DNA from: Candidatus Micrarchaeum acidiphilum ARMAN-2
GTDB taxonomy: Archaea > Micrarchaeota > Micrarchaeia > Micrarchaeales > Micrarchaeaceae
Assembly (NCBI GenBank): GCA_009387755.1
Contig: GG697240.1
Span: 1-64,000, forward strand
Reading direction: 5' to 3'
DNA length: 64,000 nt
Below the pieces are notes generated by a model. That model did not search any database. It was not told the DNA's origin and was given only the letters and a program-made list of their open reading frames with translations. The position numbers were made by a program, and so were the translations under genes. This document shows, one piece after another, positions 47,486-56,883 of this stretch. Each line of letters begins with the position of its first letter. The stretch's first letter is position 1.

Positions 47486-49324
47486 CTATTGCGCGCCCTT
47501 TTCCTTAGAGCTTTCGGCTGTGTCCCTGCCTGCGTTTTCATCCCTTTTCAGACTGAACACGCCCAGGCTCCTCATTATTTCTTCGTACCTGTCGCCCAGG
47601 TCTATGGCGAAGTACGGGCTTGCATCCCCGTGGCCGTCAACGAAGTGCGTCACCTCGTGGGCTATGACATTTATGGTTTTGTATGGATCGTCAAGGATGT
47701 CAGTCTTTATCATTATCCTGTCCCTGTATGTGATTCCCTCGGTATCGCCATCGCTTGAAGCAGTGTAGAAACCTACCGGCACTATGTCCACGTCCTTGAA
47801 GCGGCCGCTCAGCACACGTAGCTTGCTGCGGTCCAAAACGTCCGCGATGCCGGTGGCGCGCAGCAGCCCCGATGCCATGGCCTGGAACTCTATCACCGGA
47901 GGGGGCTTCTTTCCTTCCAGCGGCAGCAGCTTTATGCCTATGCCCTCGAAGAGCTTTGCAGCCTTGTCGAAGTTTTGCCTTTGGATCTCGGTCAGCGACT
48001 CCTGGCTTACCTGCTCCACGTTTGTCTTCTGCTCCACCACTTTTGGCGAATAGAATGGTATGCCCAGGCACCTGTTGAAGAACATTTCCCATTCAATGTT
48101 TGGGAGCTCTATTATCGAGCTTTCTGACAGTGTGTACTCCGCCTCTTTCCTCTGCGACGGATCCCTAAGGATTACAGGGTCCTCGCCGTATATCTCTTTT
48201 ATGGCCTCAATCCATTCCTTCTTTGCCGGCGCGTCTGCCACCGCGTCGAAATCGACGTTTGCTTCGAACGAGTCCTGGTTTTTATTTATCCAGTATATGA
48301 GCTCCTTTATGTGCTCCTTGCTGGCCAGGTTGGCTATTAGCCTGCCTGCGGCCATCTTTGCGCGGTACCAGTTCGGCACTATTCTGTCCTCGCCTGACAT
48401 CATGTCCTTTCCGCCGGGCGCGACGCCGTTGAAGTCGTAGCTGAACAGGCCGGTAAACCCGTAGTCGTTCCTGCCGTCGAGATCCGCAAGCGCTATGCCC
48501 CTTACATATATCTTGGGCGACCTTTCGACCATGAGCTTGTCGGTCAGGACCGATTTCTTTGATCTTATATCGTTGACTGCTATTATGTCCCTTGGGGCAA
48601 GGTCCACGAACATGCTGCGCATGAGCTTTGCCATCCTGCCCTCTCCTTCAACCATGTAGCACGTGCCCTTGAAGGCCGCCGAGTCCAGCTTCTTTATTTC
48701 CAAGGTAAGGACCTCCTTGCCGTTTTTGTCCTTTGACATTTTCGGCTCTATTATAGTATCGTTGGCAATGACCTTTATGTTTATGCCGGACCTTAGCAGG
48801 ACCAAGTATGCAATCTTCAGCCCGGAGCCGAAAACGCCTGCCAGGCCTTCCGCATTCTTCTTGTCGCCCTCTCCCAGGTACACTAGGCCGTCCATTGCCG
48901 CGCCCCTGCCGTTGTCCCATACATATAGGTCTCCGCCTTTGCTTGACACTCCGAACGTCGTTGCATAGCCCAGGGCTTTTTCGTCCCTGACGTTTTGGAC
49001 CAATTCCCTTATCGCCATCTCCTTGGACCAATCAAGCTTCCATTCTGAAGTTATGTTGGTGTCCTTGATGAAGGTCTCCTTGGGCATTCTCTCGAATATG
49101 CTGTGGTCCAGCTCTATGTCGTAGCTTTCTCGTTCCTTTTCTTTCTCCTTTTCCATCCGGCTTAGCGCAACGCGCTGCTGCCTTCTTGCAAGCGCGGGCT
49201 TTATCTCTGCTTTTGCAATTCGCGCGGAGCCATATGTAACTAAGAATGTTCCGAATATGGCGTCGAATGTCACGTTTGTGCCGAAAAACGGAGCAGATGG
49301 GTTCAGGAAGGGCAGCGCGCCCAC
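47486..49324 (-). CDS. Membrane-anchored GHKL/Bergerat-fold ATPase fused to a C-terminal HExxH zinc-metallopeptidase-like domain
   Basis: N-terminal TM helix and a coiled-coil segment (EKEKEKERE). N-box 'ELVQNVRDE', G1 'WDNGRGAAMDG', G2 'GVFGSGLKIAY'. C-terminal 'VIAHEVTHFVDGHGD'. Confidence 0.5.
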   Translation of the reverse strand: MGALPFLNPSAPFFGTNVTFDAIFGTFLVTYGSARIAKAEIKPALARRQQRVALSRMEKEKEKERESYDIELDHSIFERMPKETFIKDTNITSEWKLDWSKEMAIRELVQNVRDEKALGYATTFGVSSKGGDLYVWDNGRGAAMDGLVYLGEGDKKNAEGLAGVFGSGLKIAYLVLLRSGINIKVIANDTIIEPKMSKDKNGKEVLTLEIKKLDSAAFKGTCYMVEGEGRMAKLMRSMFVDLAPRDIIAVNDIRSKKSVLTDKLMVERSPKIYVRGIALADLDGRNDYGFTGLFSYDFNGVAPGGKDMMSGEDRIVPNWYRAKMAAGRLIANLASKEHIKELIYWINKNQDSFEANVDFDAVADAPAKKEWIEAIKEIYGEDPVILRDPSQRKEAEYTLSESSIIELPNIEWEMFFNRCLGIPFYSPKVVEQKTNVEQVSQESLTEIQRQNFDKAAKLFEGIGIKLLPLEGKKPPPVIEFQAMASGLLRATGIADVLDRSKLRVLSGRFKDVDIVPVGFYTASSDGDTEGITYRDRIMIKTDILDDPYKTINVIAHEVTHFVDGHGDASPYFAIDLGDRYEEIMRSLGVFSLKRDENAGRDTAESSKEKGAQ

Positions 49325-49451
49325 TAGGGCGCCGTCTGCAGCCAGGACTGTGCCAATCAGCCCTGCGCTATGCCTTTTTATCCCTTCCTTTGCCGTTTTA
49401 AAGATTTGCGTCTTTTCACCTTTTTGGTTGCCGCATGCCCGCTGATTTCGC

Positions 49452-49886
49452 CTATTCCCTCAGGCCGAATCCATCCAATGTGGTTTTGCCCACAAAGGTA
49501 TCGTCTCTGTTTAAGAACTCAAGCTCCGAATCCGCAAGCCTGGCCTCGAAATAGAACGGGTAGTCCCTGCTGCTCAGGTCTCTGCGCTTCTGCACGCGCA
49601 GCCTTGCGAAGGTCAGTGCGCTGTCGTGGTGCGCTTCCATGAATTCCTTGACGGTCTTTTCAGCGGTGCCGCCGTCCACGTTATATATGAATATGTACAC
49701 ATTCTTTCCCGAATCGTGCTTGTACTTTGTCTTTATGAAAAGCGTGCAGCTTGCATTCTGCTCTGTATTCTTAGTTATGCCGACGAATTCTGCAGGCACG
49801 CATATCTTTCCGCCGCTGCCATAGGGTATGCGGTACAGGTCGAACACGCTATCGACCCTGAAGTCTTTTGCGTTTTTTGTCACCAT
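49452..49886 (-). CDS. Hypothetical protein
   Basis: 144-aa ORF. No recognisable domain. Confidence 0.35.
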   Translation of the reverse strand: MVTKNAKDFRVDSVFDLYRIPYGSGGKICVPAEFVGITKNTEQNASCTLFIKTKYKHDSGKNVYIFIYNVDGGTAEKTVKEFMEAHHDSALTFARLRVQKRRDLSSRDYPFYFEARLADSELEFLNRDDTFVGKTTLDGFGLRE

Positions 49887-49929
49887 TTAATTACCCAAGA
49901 TTTTACATATGGCAATTCTTTGCTTTTTG

Positions 49930-50286
49930 CTACTGCCATTCCGGGTGCATTGCGTAGGTCCAGAATTTGCTTATGGCTGCCTCGCTTGCCATGTTATCTA
50001 TCATTTCAGCGAAATTTTTGTTGCTGAACCTGTAAAGGTCGAGTATGAACCTTCCTGCTATGCCTTCGTCCTTGAGCTTTGCGAGTATGGAGGGTGCGTC
50101 GTAGGAGTTGCGTTTTGCGTACTCTGTAAAATCCTTCACGAGCCTTTCGACTGCTTCGTCATCCATTGTAAGCGCTTTGATGGCTGGCACGTCTGCGTCC
50201 AGCTGCTGCTTTGCATCCGCGTTTGAGGCTTCGGGCCTACTTGAGCTCTTTTTTGGATTAGGTACGGTTACCATATTTTGCACCAT
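49930..50286 (-). CDS. Hypothetical protein
   Basis: 118-aa ORF. Transcribed divergently from the mevalonate operon via a shared AT-rich promoter. Confidence 0.35.
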   Translation of the reverse strand: MVQNMVTVPNPKKSSSRPEASNADAKQQLDADVPAIKALTMDDEAVERLVKDFTEYAKRNSYDAPSILAKLKDEGIAGRFILDLYRFSNKNFAEMIDNMASEAAISKFWTYAMHPEWQ

Positions 50287-50313
50287 CGCATCTTTAACGC
50301 AGAATGCATTTGG

Positions 50314-50331
50314 TTATATATAATATTTATA
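50314..50331. promoter_or_regulatory. TATA-box-like element TTATATATAATATTTATA in the divergent promoter region between 49930-50286 (-) and the MVK gene (+)
   Basis: Read from the sequence. It is the only AT-rich block in a 110-nt intergenic spacer. Confidence 0.4.
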
Positions 50332-50397
50332 CTTTTCACAGCCCCTGGCGCGAGGACTGATTCGCCGATTGACGAATACGCTGCAAGGTTAATAAGA

Positions 50398-51468
50398 ATG
50401 CTAGGGCATAAAATAGCGTTGAATATGGAAGCCAGAGCGCCAGGAGTGATTAAGCTGTTCGGCGAGCATGCTGTGGTATACGACAGGCTTGCAGTTGCCA
50501 TGGCTATAGACAAATACGCCTACGCCAACGTTGGAAAGGCTGCTGGAGAATTTTCGGTCGGCCTGCTTGATTTCGGCAGGTCAGGAAATTTCTCAGAGAA
50601 GGAGCTCGAATCTATTTACATTTCTTATTTTGCAAAGGACTCCATCCCCGACCAGAAAGGCAAGACGGAGCACATACTTAAATTCATAGGCGAGAACAGC
50701 GCAGTAGACGCAGATCTGCTGCCTTTTGCCGTCATAGCGTCAAGGATACACAAACAGTATGGCGCAGGGCTTAACGGCATCAAGGCCGAAATAAGGTCAG
50801 AAATACCCACGCAAAAAGGATTTGCAAGCAGCGCGTCATGCTATACCGCATTTACATTGGCAATGCTGAACTATCTTGGAATATCGTTGGGTCACGATGA
50901 GATAATCGAGATAGCCAAGGATGGCGAAAGGGTGCGGCACAAAAACGAAGGCGCAGGAAAGATAGACGTCAGCACTTCATATTATGGGGGCTTCGTAAGC
51001 TACAGAGGCTCATCTGGCGCAAAAAAGGAAAACGATATAAATACAAATATAGTTCTGCATGCAATAGACACCGGACCCAAGAAGAGCACTGCTGAGATGG
51101 TTGGGCGCGTGAGGGAGATTTATGAAAGCAACCGAGAATACGCGAACTACCTGCTAGATAGGATAGAGGCCTGCAGCACAAGGGGCATAGCCGCGCTGAA
51201 AAGTGATGATGCTGAGAGCCTTGGAAAGATTATGGATGAAAACCACTCCTATCTGAGGATGCTTGGAGTTTCCAGCGAATCGCTTGAAGACGCTATTGCC
51301 CTGACCAAAGCTGCAGGTGGCCTTGGCGCGAAGCTGTCAGGTGGAGGAGGCGGAGGAATCGCCATTGCAATTACAAAAGACCACGACGCTCTTGAAAAGG
51401 AGTTGGCATTGCATGGCTACGTAAACTACTCTGTTGGTGTTTCGAAGAGCGGCGCGTCGGTTAATTAG
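50398..51468 (+). CDS. mvk: Mevalonate kinase (GHMP kinase)
   Basis: 'APGVIKLFGEHAVVYD' (MVK N-terminal motif) and GHMP motif 'PTQKGFASSAS'. The track ORF is extended 5' across the promoter, so the start is taken at MLGHK. Confidence 0.8.
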   Translation: MLGHKIALNMEARAPGVIKLFGEHAVVYDRLAVAMAIDKYAYANVGKAAGEFSVGLLDFGRSGNFSEKELESIYISYFAKDSIPDQKGKTEHILKFIGENSAVDADLLPFAVIASRIHKQYGAGLNGIKAEIRSEIPTQKGFASSASCYTAFTLAMLNYLGISLGHDEIIEIAKDGERVRHKNEGAGKIDVSTSYYGGFVSYRGSSGAKKENDINTNIVLHAIDTGPKKSTAEMVGRVREIYESNREYANYLLDRIEACSTRGIAALKSDDAESLGKIMDENHSYLRMLGVSSESLEDAIALTKAAGGLGAKLSGGGGGGIAIAITKDHDALEKELALHGYVNYSVGVSKSGASVN

Positions 51469-51479
51469 ATGGTGAAATT

Positions 51480-52541
51480 ATGGAAGATAGAATTTACACT
51501 GCGATTGGATCCTCGAACATAGCCTTCATAAAGTACTGGGGCAAGAGGGATGGCAAGATAAACCTTCCAAATAACTCCAGCATAAGCATGACCCTTGACA
51601 GGAATGTTGGCACCAAGACTAGCGTGCTTTTTTCCAGCAAGCTGAAAAGCGATAGACTGTTCATAAACGGGAAGGAGGAGAACATCAAAGAGGGTGCAAA
51701 CGAGAAATCTAGGTTTATAAGCGAGATGCTTGCCTATTGCAAAAAGGCGGCAGGAATAAACACGAATGCACTGATAGTGTCAGAAAATAATTTTCCATCA
51801 GACAGCGGCCTGGCTTCAAGCGCATCCGGCGGTGCGACTCTTGCATTCCTGCTGTCTAACGCCCTTGATCTGAAGATGGACTCCAGAGAGATATCAATAA
51901 TGGCAAGAAAGATAAGTGGAAGCGCGTGCAGAAGCGTTTACGGGGGCATAGTGAAATGGGATGCGGGAAGCAAGCAAGATGGCAGCGACTCCTTTGCAGA
52001 GCAGGTAGTTGATCATCGATACTGGCCTGATTTGATGGACATAATCGCAATAGTTGATCCTTCTAAGAAAAAAGTTTCTAGCAGTGCAGGGCATGCTATT
52101 ACTGTAAAGACTAGTTCACTATACAGGGTTAGACCGCAGGTGGCGGAGGAAGGCGTAAAAAAAGTTGTTAATGCAGTCACGAACAAAGATTTCCAGGTCC
52201 TTGCCGAAACTGTGATGCGCGACAGCAACAACATGCACGCCACGATGATGGACAGCTGGCCGCCAATAATGTACCTGAGCGATGCATCACGCAGCATAAT
52301 ATACGCAATGCACGAGCTCAACGAAAGCGAGGGCAAGTATGTCGCAGCGTACACGTTTGACGCAGGGCCGAATGCACATATAATAACTACCTCGAGCAAC
52401 AGAAGCAAGGTGATTAAGATGCTTGAAGAAATCGGAGTTGCAAGAAGCATAATAGAATCTAAGATGGGTGCAGGGCCGGAGATGCTGGAAGGAGAAGAGT
52501 CGCTTATCGACCAAGAATCTATGGCTCCTGTGCATAAATAA
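51480..52541 (+). CDS. Mevalonate-phosphate/diphosphate decarboxylase family protein (MDD/PMD-like GHMP)
   Basis: 'NIAFIKYWGKRD' (MDD N-terminal signature), 'SDSGLASSAS'. Lies between mvk and the IPK gene. Confidence 0.75.
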   Translation: MEDRIYTAIGSSNIAFIKYWGKRDGKINLPNNSSISMTLDRNVGTKTSVLFSSKLKSDRLFINGKEENIKEGANEKSRFISEMLAYCKKAAGINTNALIVSENNFPSDSGLASSASGGATLAFLLSNALDLKMDSREISIMARKISGSACRSVYGGIVKWDAGSKQDGSDSFAEQVVDHRYWPDLMDIIAIVDPSKKKVSSSAGHAITVKTSSLYRVRPQVAEEGVKKVVNAVTNKDFQVLAETVMRDSNNMHATMMDSWPPIMYLSDASRSIIYAMHELNESEGKYVAAYTFDAGPNAHIITTSSNRSKVIKMLEEIGVARSIIESKMGAGPEMLEGEESLIDQESMAPVHK

Positions 52542-52582
52542 TAAATATTAAATAAACCTATTAACTTAGACGCAGTGAAGAA

Positions 52583-53392
52583 ATGGCAAAGAAGCTCTAC
52601 ATGATAAAGCTTGGAGGAGGCGTAGTATCTGATATAGCGACTGCCAGGAAACCACTTGTTGACGAAATCAGTAGGGTTATCAACGAGGTAAAGGCTGCAA
52701 AGGATGAAGGGGGTTTCGACCTTATAATAGGCCACGGCTCGGGGTCTTTTGGCCACATACCAGCACACACCTACAGGGTAAACGAAGGGCTTGTCGGACC
52801 TGAGAGCAGGAAAGGAGCCGCAATAACCCAGCAGGTGGCGCAGGAGCTCAACAGGATAATAATTAGTGAGGCGATAAACGCAGGGCTAGATCCATTCCCG
52901 TTCTCGCCTTCCTCATTCATGATAGCGGATGGCGGCGTGCCCTCTGAAGGCAGCGCAGCGCACATCAGGCATGCAATAGACAGGGGCTTTGTTCCTATAG
53001 TTTACGGCGATGTGGTCATGGACAGGAAGATGGGCGTTAGCATAGCCTCTACAGAAAAGGTATTCAGCTTCCTGGCGAGGCAGATTGGCGTAGACAGGTT
53101 TGTGCTTGCAACCGACGTTGACGGCGTGTTCGACAAGGATCCGAGGACTAATCCTGATGCAAAGCTTGTAAGGCTCATAGACGGATCAAATATAGACAGC
53201 ATATTGGAGCACGCAGAAACCAACAAGATGAAAATAGACGTTACAGGGGGCATGAAAACAAAGGTCTTGGGCATGCATGAGATGGTATCTTTAAGCGGCA
53301 CCGAGGGCATAATAATAAACGGCAAGGTTCCAGGCAGGATACGCGACGCGCTTCTTGGAAAGGATGTGCCAGGGACCATAGTCAGGCCATAA
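52583..53392 (+). CDS. ipk: Isopentenyl phosphate kinase (amino-acid-kinase fold)
   Basis: 'MIKLGGGVVSD', 'GHGSGSFGH' (IPK His motif), 'VVMDRKMGVSIASTEKVF'. Confidence 0.8.
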   Translation: MAKKLYMIKLGGGVVSDIATARKPLVDEISRVINEVKAAKDEGGFDLIIGHGSGSFGHIPAHTYRVNEGLVGPESRKGAAITQQVAQELNRIIISEAINAGLDPFPFSPSSFMIADGGVPSEGSAAHIRHAIDRGFVPIVYGDVVMDRKMGVSIASTEKVFSFLARQIGVDRFVLATDVDGVFDKDPRTNPDAKLVRLIDGSNIDSILEHAETNKMKIDVTGGMKTKVLGMHEMVSLSGTEGIIINGKVPGRIRDALLGKDVPGTIVRP

Positions 53393-53771
53393 CGGGAATT
53401 GCTGGCCTTAGAATAGTAATTTGAAGACTTTTTTGCCTACCGCAGTCAAAATGGAAAGAAATAAAAAGGTATATTGAGAATTGGATAATGCGGTGGCAGA
53501 GATGAGTGGACAATCTGGTGGCTAAAGCGATTAGAGGATAAGATAAACACATCGTTTGACTTTGTTGGACTCCCATGATACGAATATAGTGCTATTGGGT
53601 AGAATCAACTGGTTTATATTAATGCCGAAATCTGTAACTGTTGTTTTATTCAAGTTGTGATGAAGATGATACGGTTCGATGTTGCTTTGTTTAAGTATCT
53701 GTAAAATGACACGCCACCAGTGCCCTGGGCACAACCCTTAAAAGCAAGCCTTGCATCAGCTGCTAGCTCTT

Positions 53772-54443
53772 TCAACTCTTTTTTAGGCTTTTCAGTATCT
53801 TGATTATATCTTTGAAGCTTCCCGCGGCGTAGTCGGCACTTTGATGGCCTTTGTATGATATCGTTGTCATGCCCATCAGTTTTGCGCCGTCAAGCTCATC
53901 CTTGTCATGGCCGACGAAAACTGCGTTTTCGGGCCGGGCCTTGAAGTGCGCAAGCGCAACTTCATATGCTTCGCGGTCCGGCTTCCTGTGACCCGTGTCC
54001 ATTGGCACAAATATCTCGTCGAATATGCTTCCGAGGCCTGCGTATGCGAGCATGTCCTCTTTCTCCTTCTTCGAATTTATGGAATCGGTTAGCACTGCCA
54101 GGTATATGCCCAAGCGCTTTATCTTCGTCAGGGACTGCCTTAGGTCCTGCTCCGTTGCCCTATACAGCTTGGTCGAAGACTTGTGCAGCGCTACGAATTC
54201 TGATTGAAGATTTGGTGGTGCGCCGAGCAGCTTCGTGAACCTGCCCATTGTTATGTAGAGCTCATCCTCCCCGGGAGTTGTGCCTCGCATAGCCTTGATC
54301 CATGCGCTGTCCAGCATTTTTGCAGTGGCCGCTATTCCGGCAGCCTTGAGCAGCTTTATTGCCTCTTTGTTGAAGTATTCGTTGGATTCACTGCCGTCCA
54401 GCAGCACCCCGTTAGAGTCAAATATTGCAACGTATATTGACAT
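53772..54443 (-). CDS. HAD-superfamily hydrolase, subfamily IA
   Basis: Motif I 'VAIFDSNGVL', motif IV 'FVGHDKDELDGA'. Confidence 0.65.
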   Translation of the reverse strand: MSIYVAIFDSNGVLLDGSESNEYFNKEAIKLLKAAGIAATAKMLDSAWIKAMRGTTPGEDELYITMGRFTKLLGAPPNLQSEFVALHKSSTKLYRATEQDLRQSLTKIKRLGIYLAVLTDSINSKKEKEDMLAYAGLGSIFDEIFVPMDTGHRKPDREAYEVALAHFKARPENAVFVGHDKDELDGAKLMGMTTISYKGHQSADYAAGSFKDIIKILKSLKKS

Positions 54444-54577
54444 GTGATTACCGTCCTTGCTGCTATACGTATGTCCAGCTATAAAACCTTTACTGCATGA
54501 TAGAAATATGCGGCATTGTCAAAAGTGTTAGGTAAAATCTAAATATTTCAAAAAGCGGATATATTAATCGGATATTC

Positions 54578-54901
54578 ATGCAAACGACTGAAAATACTTA
54601 TGGGCATGCAGCACAGGCGCGAAATGAAAAACTGTCAAGTGGCATCAGGAGGGCGCTTGGCAAAGCGGCGCTTCTGGCCGGCAGCGCGCTTGAGGGGGTT
54701 TCGGCATACCTTATGATACGCCTTGATCCGCATGAGATTGCTGCTTACAATTCAAATGTTACGCTCCCTGCGCAGTATATGCTAGGACATCCATTGCAAA
54801 ATGATATTGCCATTGGCGCGACGATTGCGGGCGTACCCGGCATAATCGCACTTGCTGCCGGGCTAAAAATGCTTTTAAGGAAGGATGATGAAGAACAATG
54901 A
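54578..54901 (+). CDS. Small hypothetical protein with a predicted C-terminal TM helix
   Basis: 107-aa ORF. No recognisable domain. Confidence 0.3.
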   Translation: MQTTENTYGHAAQARNEKLSSGIRRALGKAALLAGSALEGVSAYLMIRLDPHEIAAYNSNVTLPAQYMLGHPLQNDIAIGATIAGVPGIIALAAGLKMLLRKDDEEQ

Positions 54902-54915
54902 GGTTATGGAAGTAA

Positions 54916-55665
54916 ATGACCAATACATATAATTCCAGAAAAGCAGGTGCATCAAGCCTAGCATGGACCGCCGAAGAAGAAAAGTCGTTCGCGCGGTGCA
55001 GCTCCAAATCTAAAAAACTGCGGGTTGAAATCGTAGGCATGGCAGACCTGCTTAGGAGCGAGGACAGGCCTGAATGCTTTCAATATCCGTACACCAACGA
55101 AACCTACAGCATCTTAACCCTGGACAAGCTAAGGCGGGTGGTTAGGGGCAAAAAAAGGCTTTTGTTTGTGGTTGGAGGAGGAGGGATATTGAAACTTCTG
55201 CCTGCGCTGGCTGAAGGCAATGATTTCGAAAGCATTACTGGAATTGATATAAACCTTGGACAGCTGCTCAATTTCAAGCATCTCTGCAAAAAGATAAACG
55301 AAGGCAAGGATGTATTCATAAGAAGGAATACCAGTTATGGAAACACTGTGTCGCTAAAGCAAACTGTGATAGCAGGCTCGGAGTGGCTCGGAAATGTTGG
55401 GCTTCATAGATATGAGTTCTTCTTAGTTCCTGGGATAAAGCTTGAAAGGAACATACCAGGGATAAACCTTATTCATGACAGCATTGAAAGATATCTTCAA
55501 AGGGTGCCTGATAAGCACGCTCCCGATGTCCTATACCTATCTAACGTGCTTGAATGGAACAGCGATCTGTACTCTGTAATACATAAAAGCAGGAAGATAC
55601 CTAAGAACGCAGTAATAATGGCGTATAAAACAGCGCGCGATGGACTAGGTTTTTACAGAAAGTAG
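54916..55665 (+). CDS. Hypothetical protein
   Basis: 249-aa ORF. 'LLFVVGGGGILKLL' is a possible nucleotide-binding Gly-rich loop. No confident family. Confidence 0.35.
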   Translation: MTNTYNSRKAGASSLAWTAEEEKSFARCSSKSKKLRVEIVGMADLLRSEDRPECFQYPYTNETYSILTLDKLRRVVRGKKRLLFVVGGGGILKLLPALAEGNDFESITGIDINLGQLLNFKHLCKKINEGKDVFIRRNTSYGNTVSLKQTVIAGSEWLGNVGLHRYEFFLVPGIKLERNIPGINLIHDSIERYLQRVPDKHAPDVLYLSNVLEWNSDLYSVIHKSRKIPKNAVIMAYKTARDGLGFYRK

Positions 55666-55669
55666 CGCG

Positions 55670-56836
55670 CTACTTTATCAGTTTCTTGTAGGCGAAGCCG
55701 CTGGCTGCCTGCAATACACCGCCTATAATTAGTGGCGCCGGAAGTGCTATGTCCATTAGATAGCCGCTGGTGCCAGCTGTCATCTGCGATGCCCTGGTAG
55801 CTATACCCTGAACGCTTGTTGCAGTTCCATAATCCTCAACGTCCACGCCGCGCACCATGACAGTTGACCTCGCGGGGGAGCCGAAGGATGCCACTACACC
55901 CCTTAACACGAAAAATGCAGATGCAAGCACAGGTATAGGCGACAGTGCCATTGCAATAAGCAGCAGCCCGTTTGAAAGCCTTGTTGCAAGCACAACATTA
56001 ATCAGGTTATACTTGAAAGATATCGCCCTTGCAAGGTACGACCCCAGTATGCCCATTGCGTAGTAGACTATGTAGACCGTGCCTATGTATGAAGTGCCTA
56101 TGCCAAACGATAACTCGAACCATAGCGGCAGTATCGGTATTGACATGCCTATGCCTGCGCCACTAAGGCTGTTTGCAGCGATTATGCGCAGTATGTATTT
56201 CATGCTCGTGCGCTTCATCACCTTAGTAGTCTTTGCAGGGCGCTTGATCTCCGAGAGTAGGAACAGCGAGAGCAGGGAAAGAAGAAGAAGCACAGCTGAA
56301 ATTTCGAACACCACCCTAAATGCGGAAATGTTTCCGTATATAGTTGCAAAGTAAGAATGGAGCGAGACCAGCAGGGCGCCGATTACACTGCCAAACCCCC
56401 CGAGCAGCATTAGCAGGGACATGCGCCTTACTCTTTCCTTTTCGTCGCGCCAGTTGTTTGCCAGGAAGGGCATCAGCCCGTTTGAGAAGGTGCCCCTGGC
56501 GGTGCCTCCTCCGCCGCTGAGTCCGCCCAGTATGATAGCCGCTATTATTAGGTAGATAGACGTGGAAACGGACAGCAGCAATATCCCGGCAAACGATATT
56601 CCCTCGGATATTATCAATGATTTTTTATATCCATATCTGTCCCCTATGGCGCCCCCAATAAGCACAACAACCATGCTGAACAGTACTGTTGCAAATATTA
56701 CTATTCCTATGGATATTAGGTCAAGATGCAGCGCGTACAGATACAGCGGAAAAGATACGTTTACGGCTATCAGCCCTATGCTCCTAAATATCCTGGATGC
56801 TCCCAGTGCTGCGTATCCGTAGCTGCGCTGTTCCAT
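55670..56836 (-). CDS. MFS transporter
   Basis: About 12 TM helices in two 6-TM halves. 'GAIGDRYGYKK' resembles the MFS loop 2-3 motif (G-x-L-aD-R-x-G-r-[KR]). Confidence 0.7.
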   Translation of the reverse strand: MEQRSYGYAALGASRIFRSIGLIAVNVSFPLYLYALHLDLISIGIVIFATVLFSMVVVLIGGAIGDRYGYKKSLIISEGISFAGILLLSVSTSIYLIIAAIILGGLSGGGGTARGTFSNGLMPFLANNWRDEKERVRRMSLLMLLGGFGSVIGALLVSLHSYFATIYGNISAFRVVFEISAVLLLLSLLSLFLLSEIKRPAKTTKVMKRTSMKYILRIIAANSLSGAGIGMSIPILPLWFELSFGIGTSYIGTVYIVYYAMGILGSYLARAISFKYNLINVVLATRLSNGLLLIAMALSPIPVLASAFFVLRGVVASFGSPARSTVMVRGVDVEDYGTATSVQGIATRASQMTAGTSGYLMDIALPAPLIIGGVLQAASGFAYKKLIK

Positions 56837-56883
56837 GCTATTGATTTGCCAGCAAACTAATTTATCATTTTATGCTCAGAGGG

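Noticed and set aside
53393-53771. 380-nt intergenic region after the IPK gene, examined for a tRNA or other ncRNA
   Set aside because: No cloverleaf-compatible segments or conserved tRNA boxes found by eye. It contains an oligo-T stretch near 53430 that could serve as a terminator, but no positive evidence for an RNA gene.
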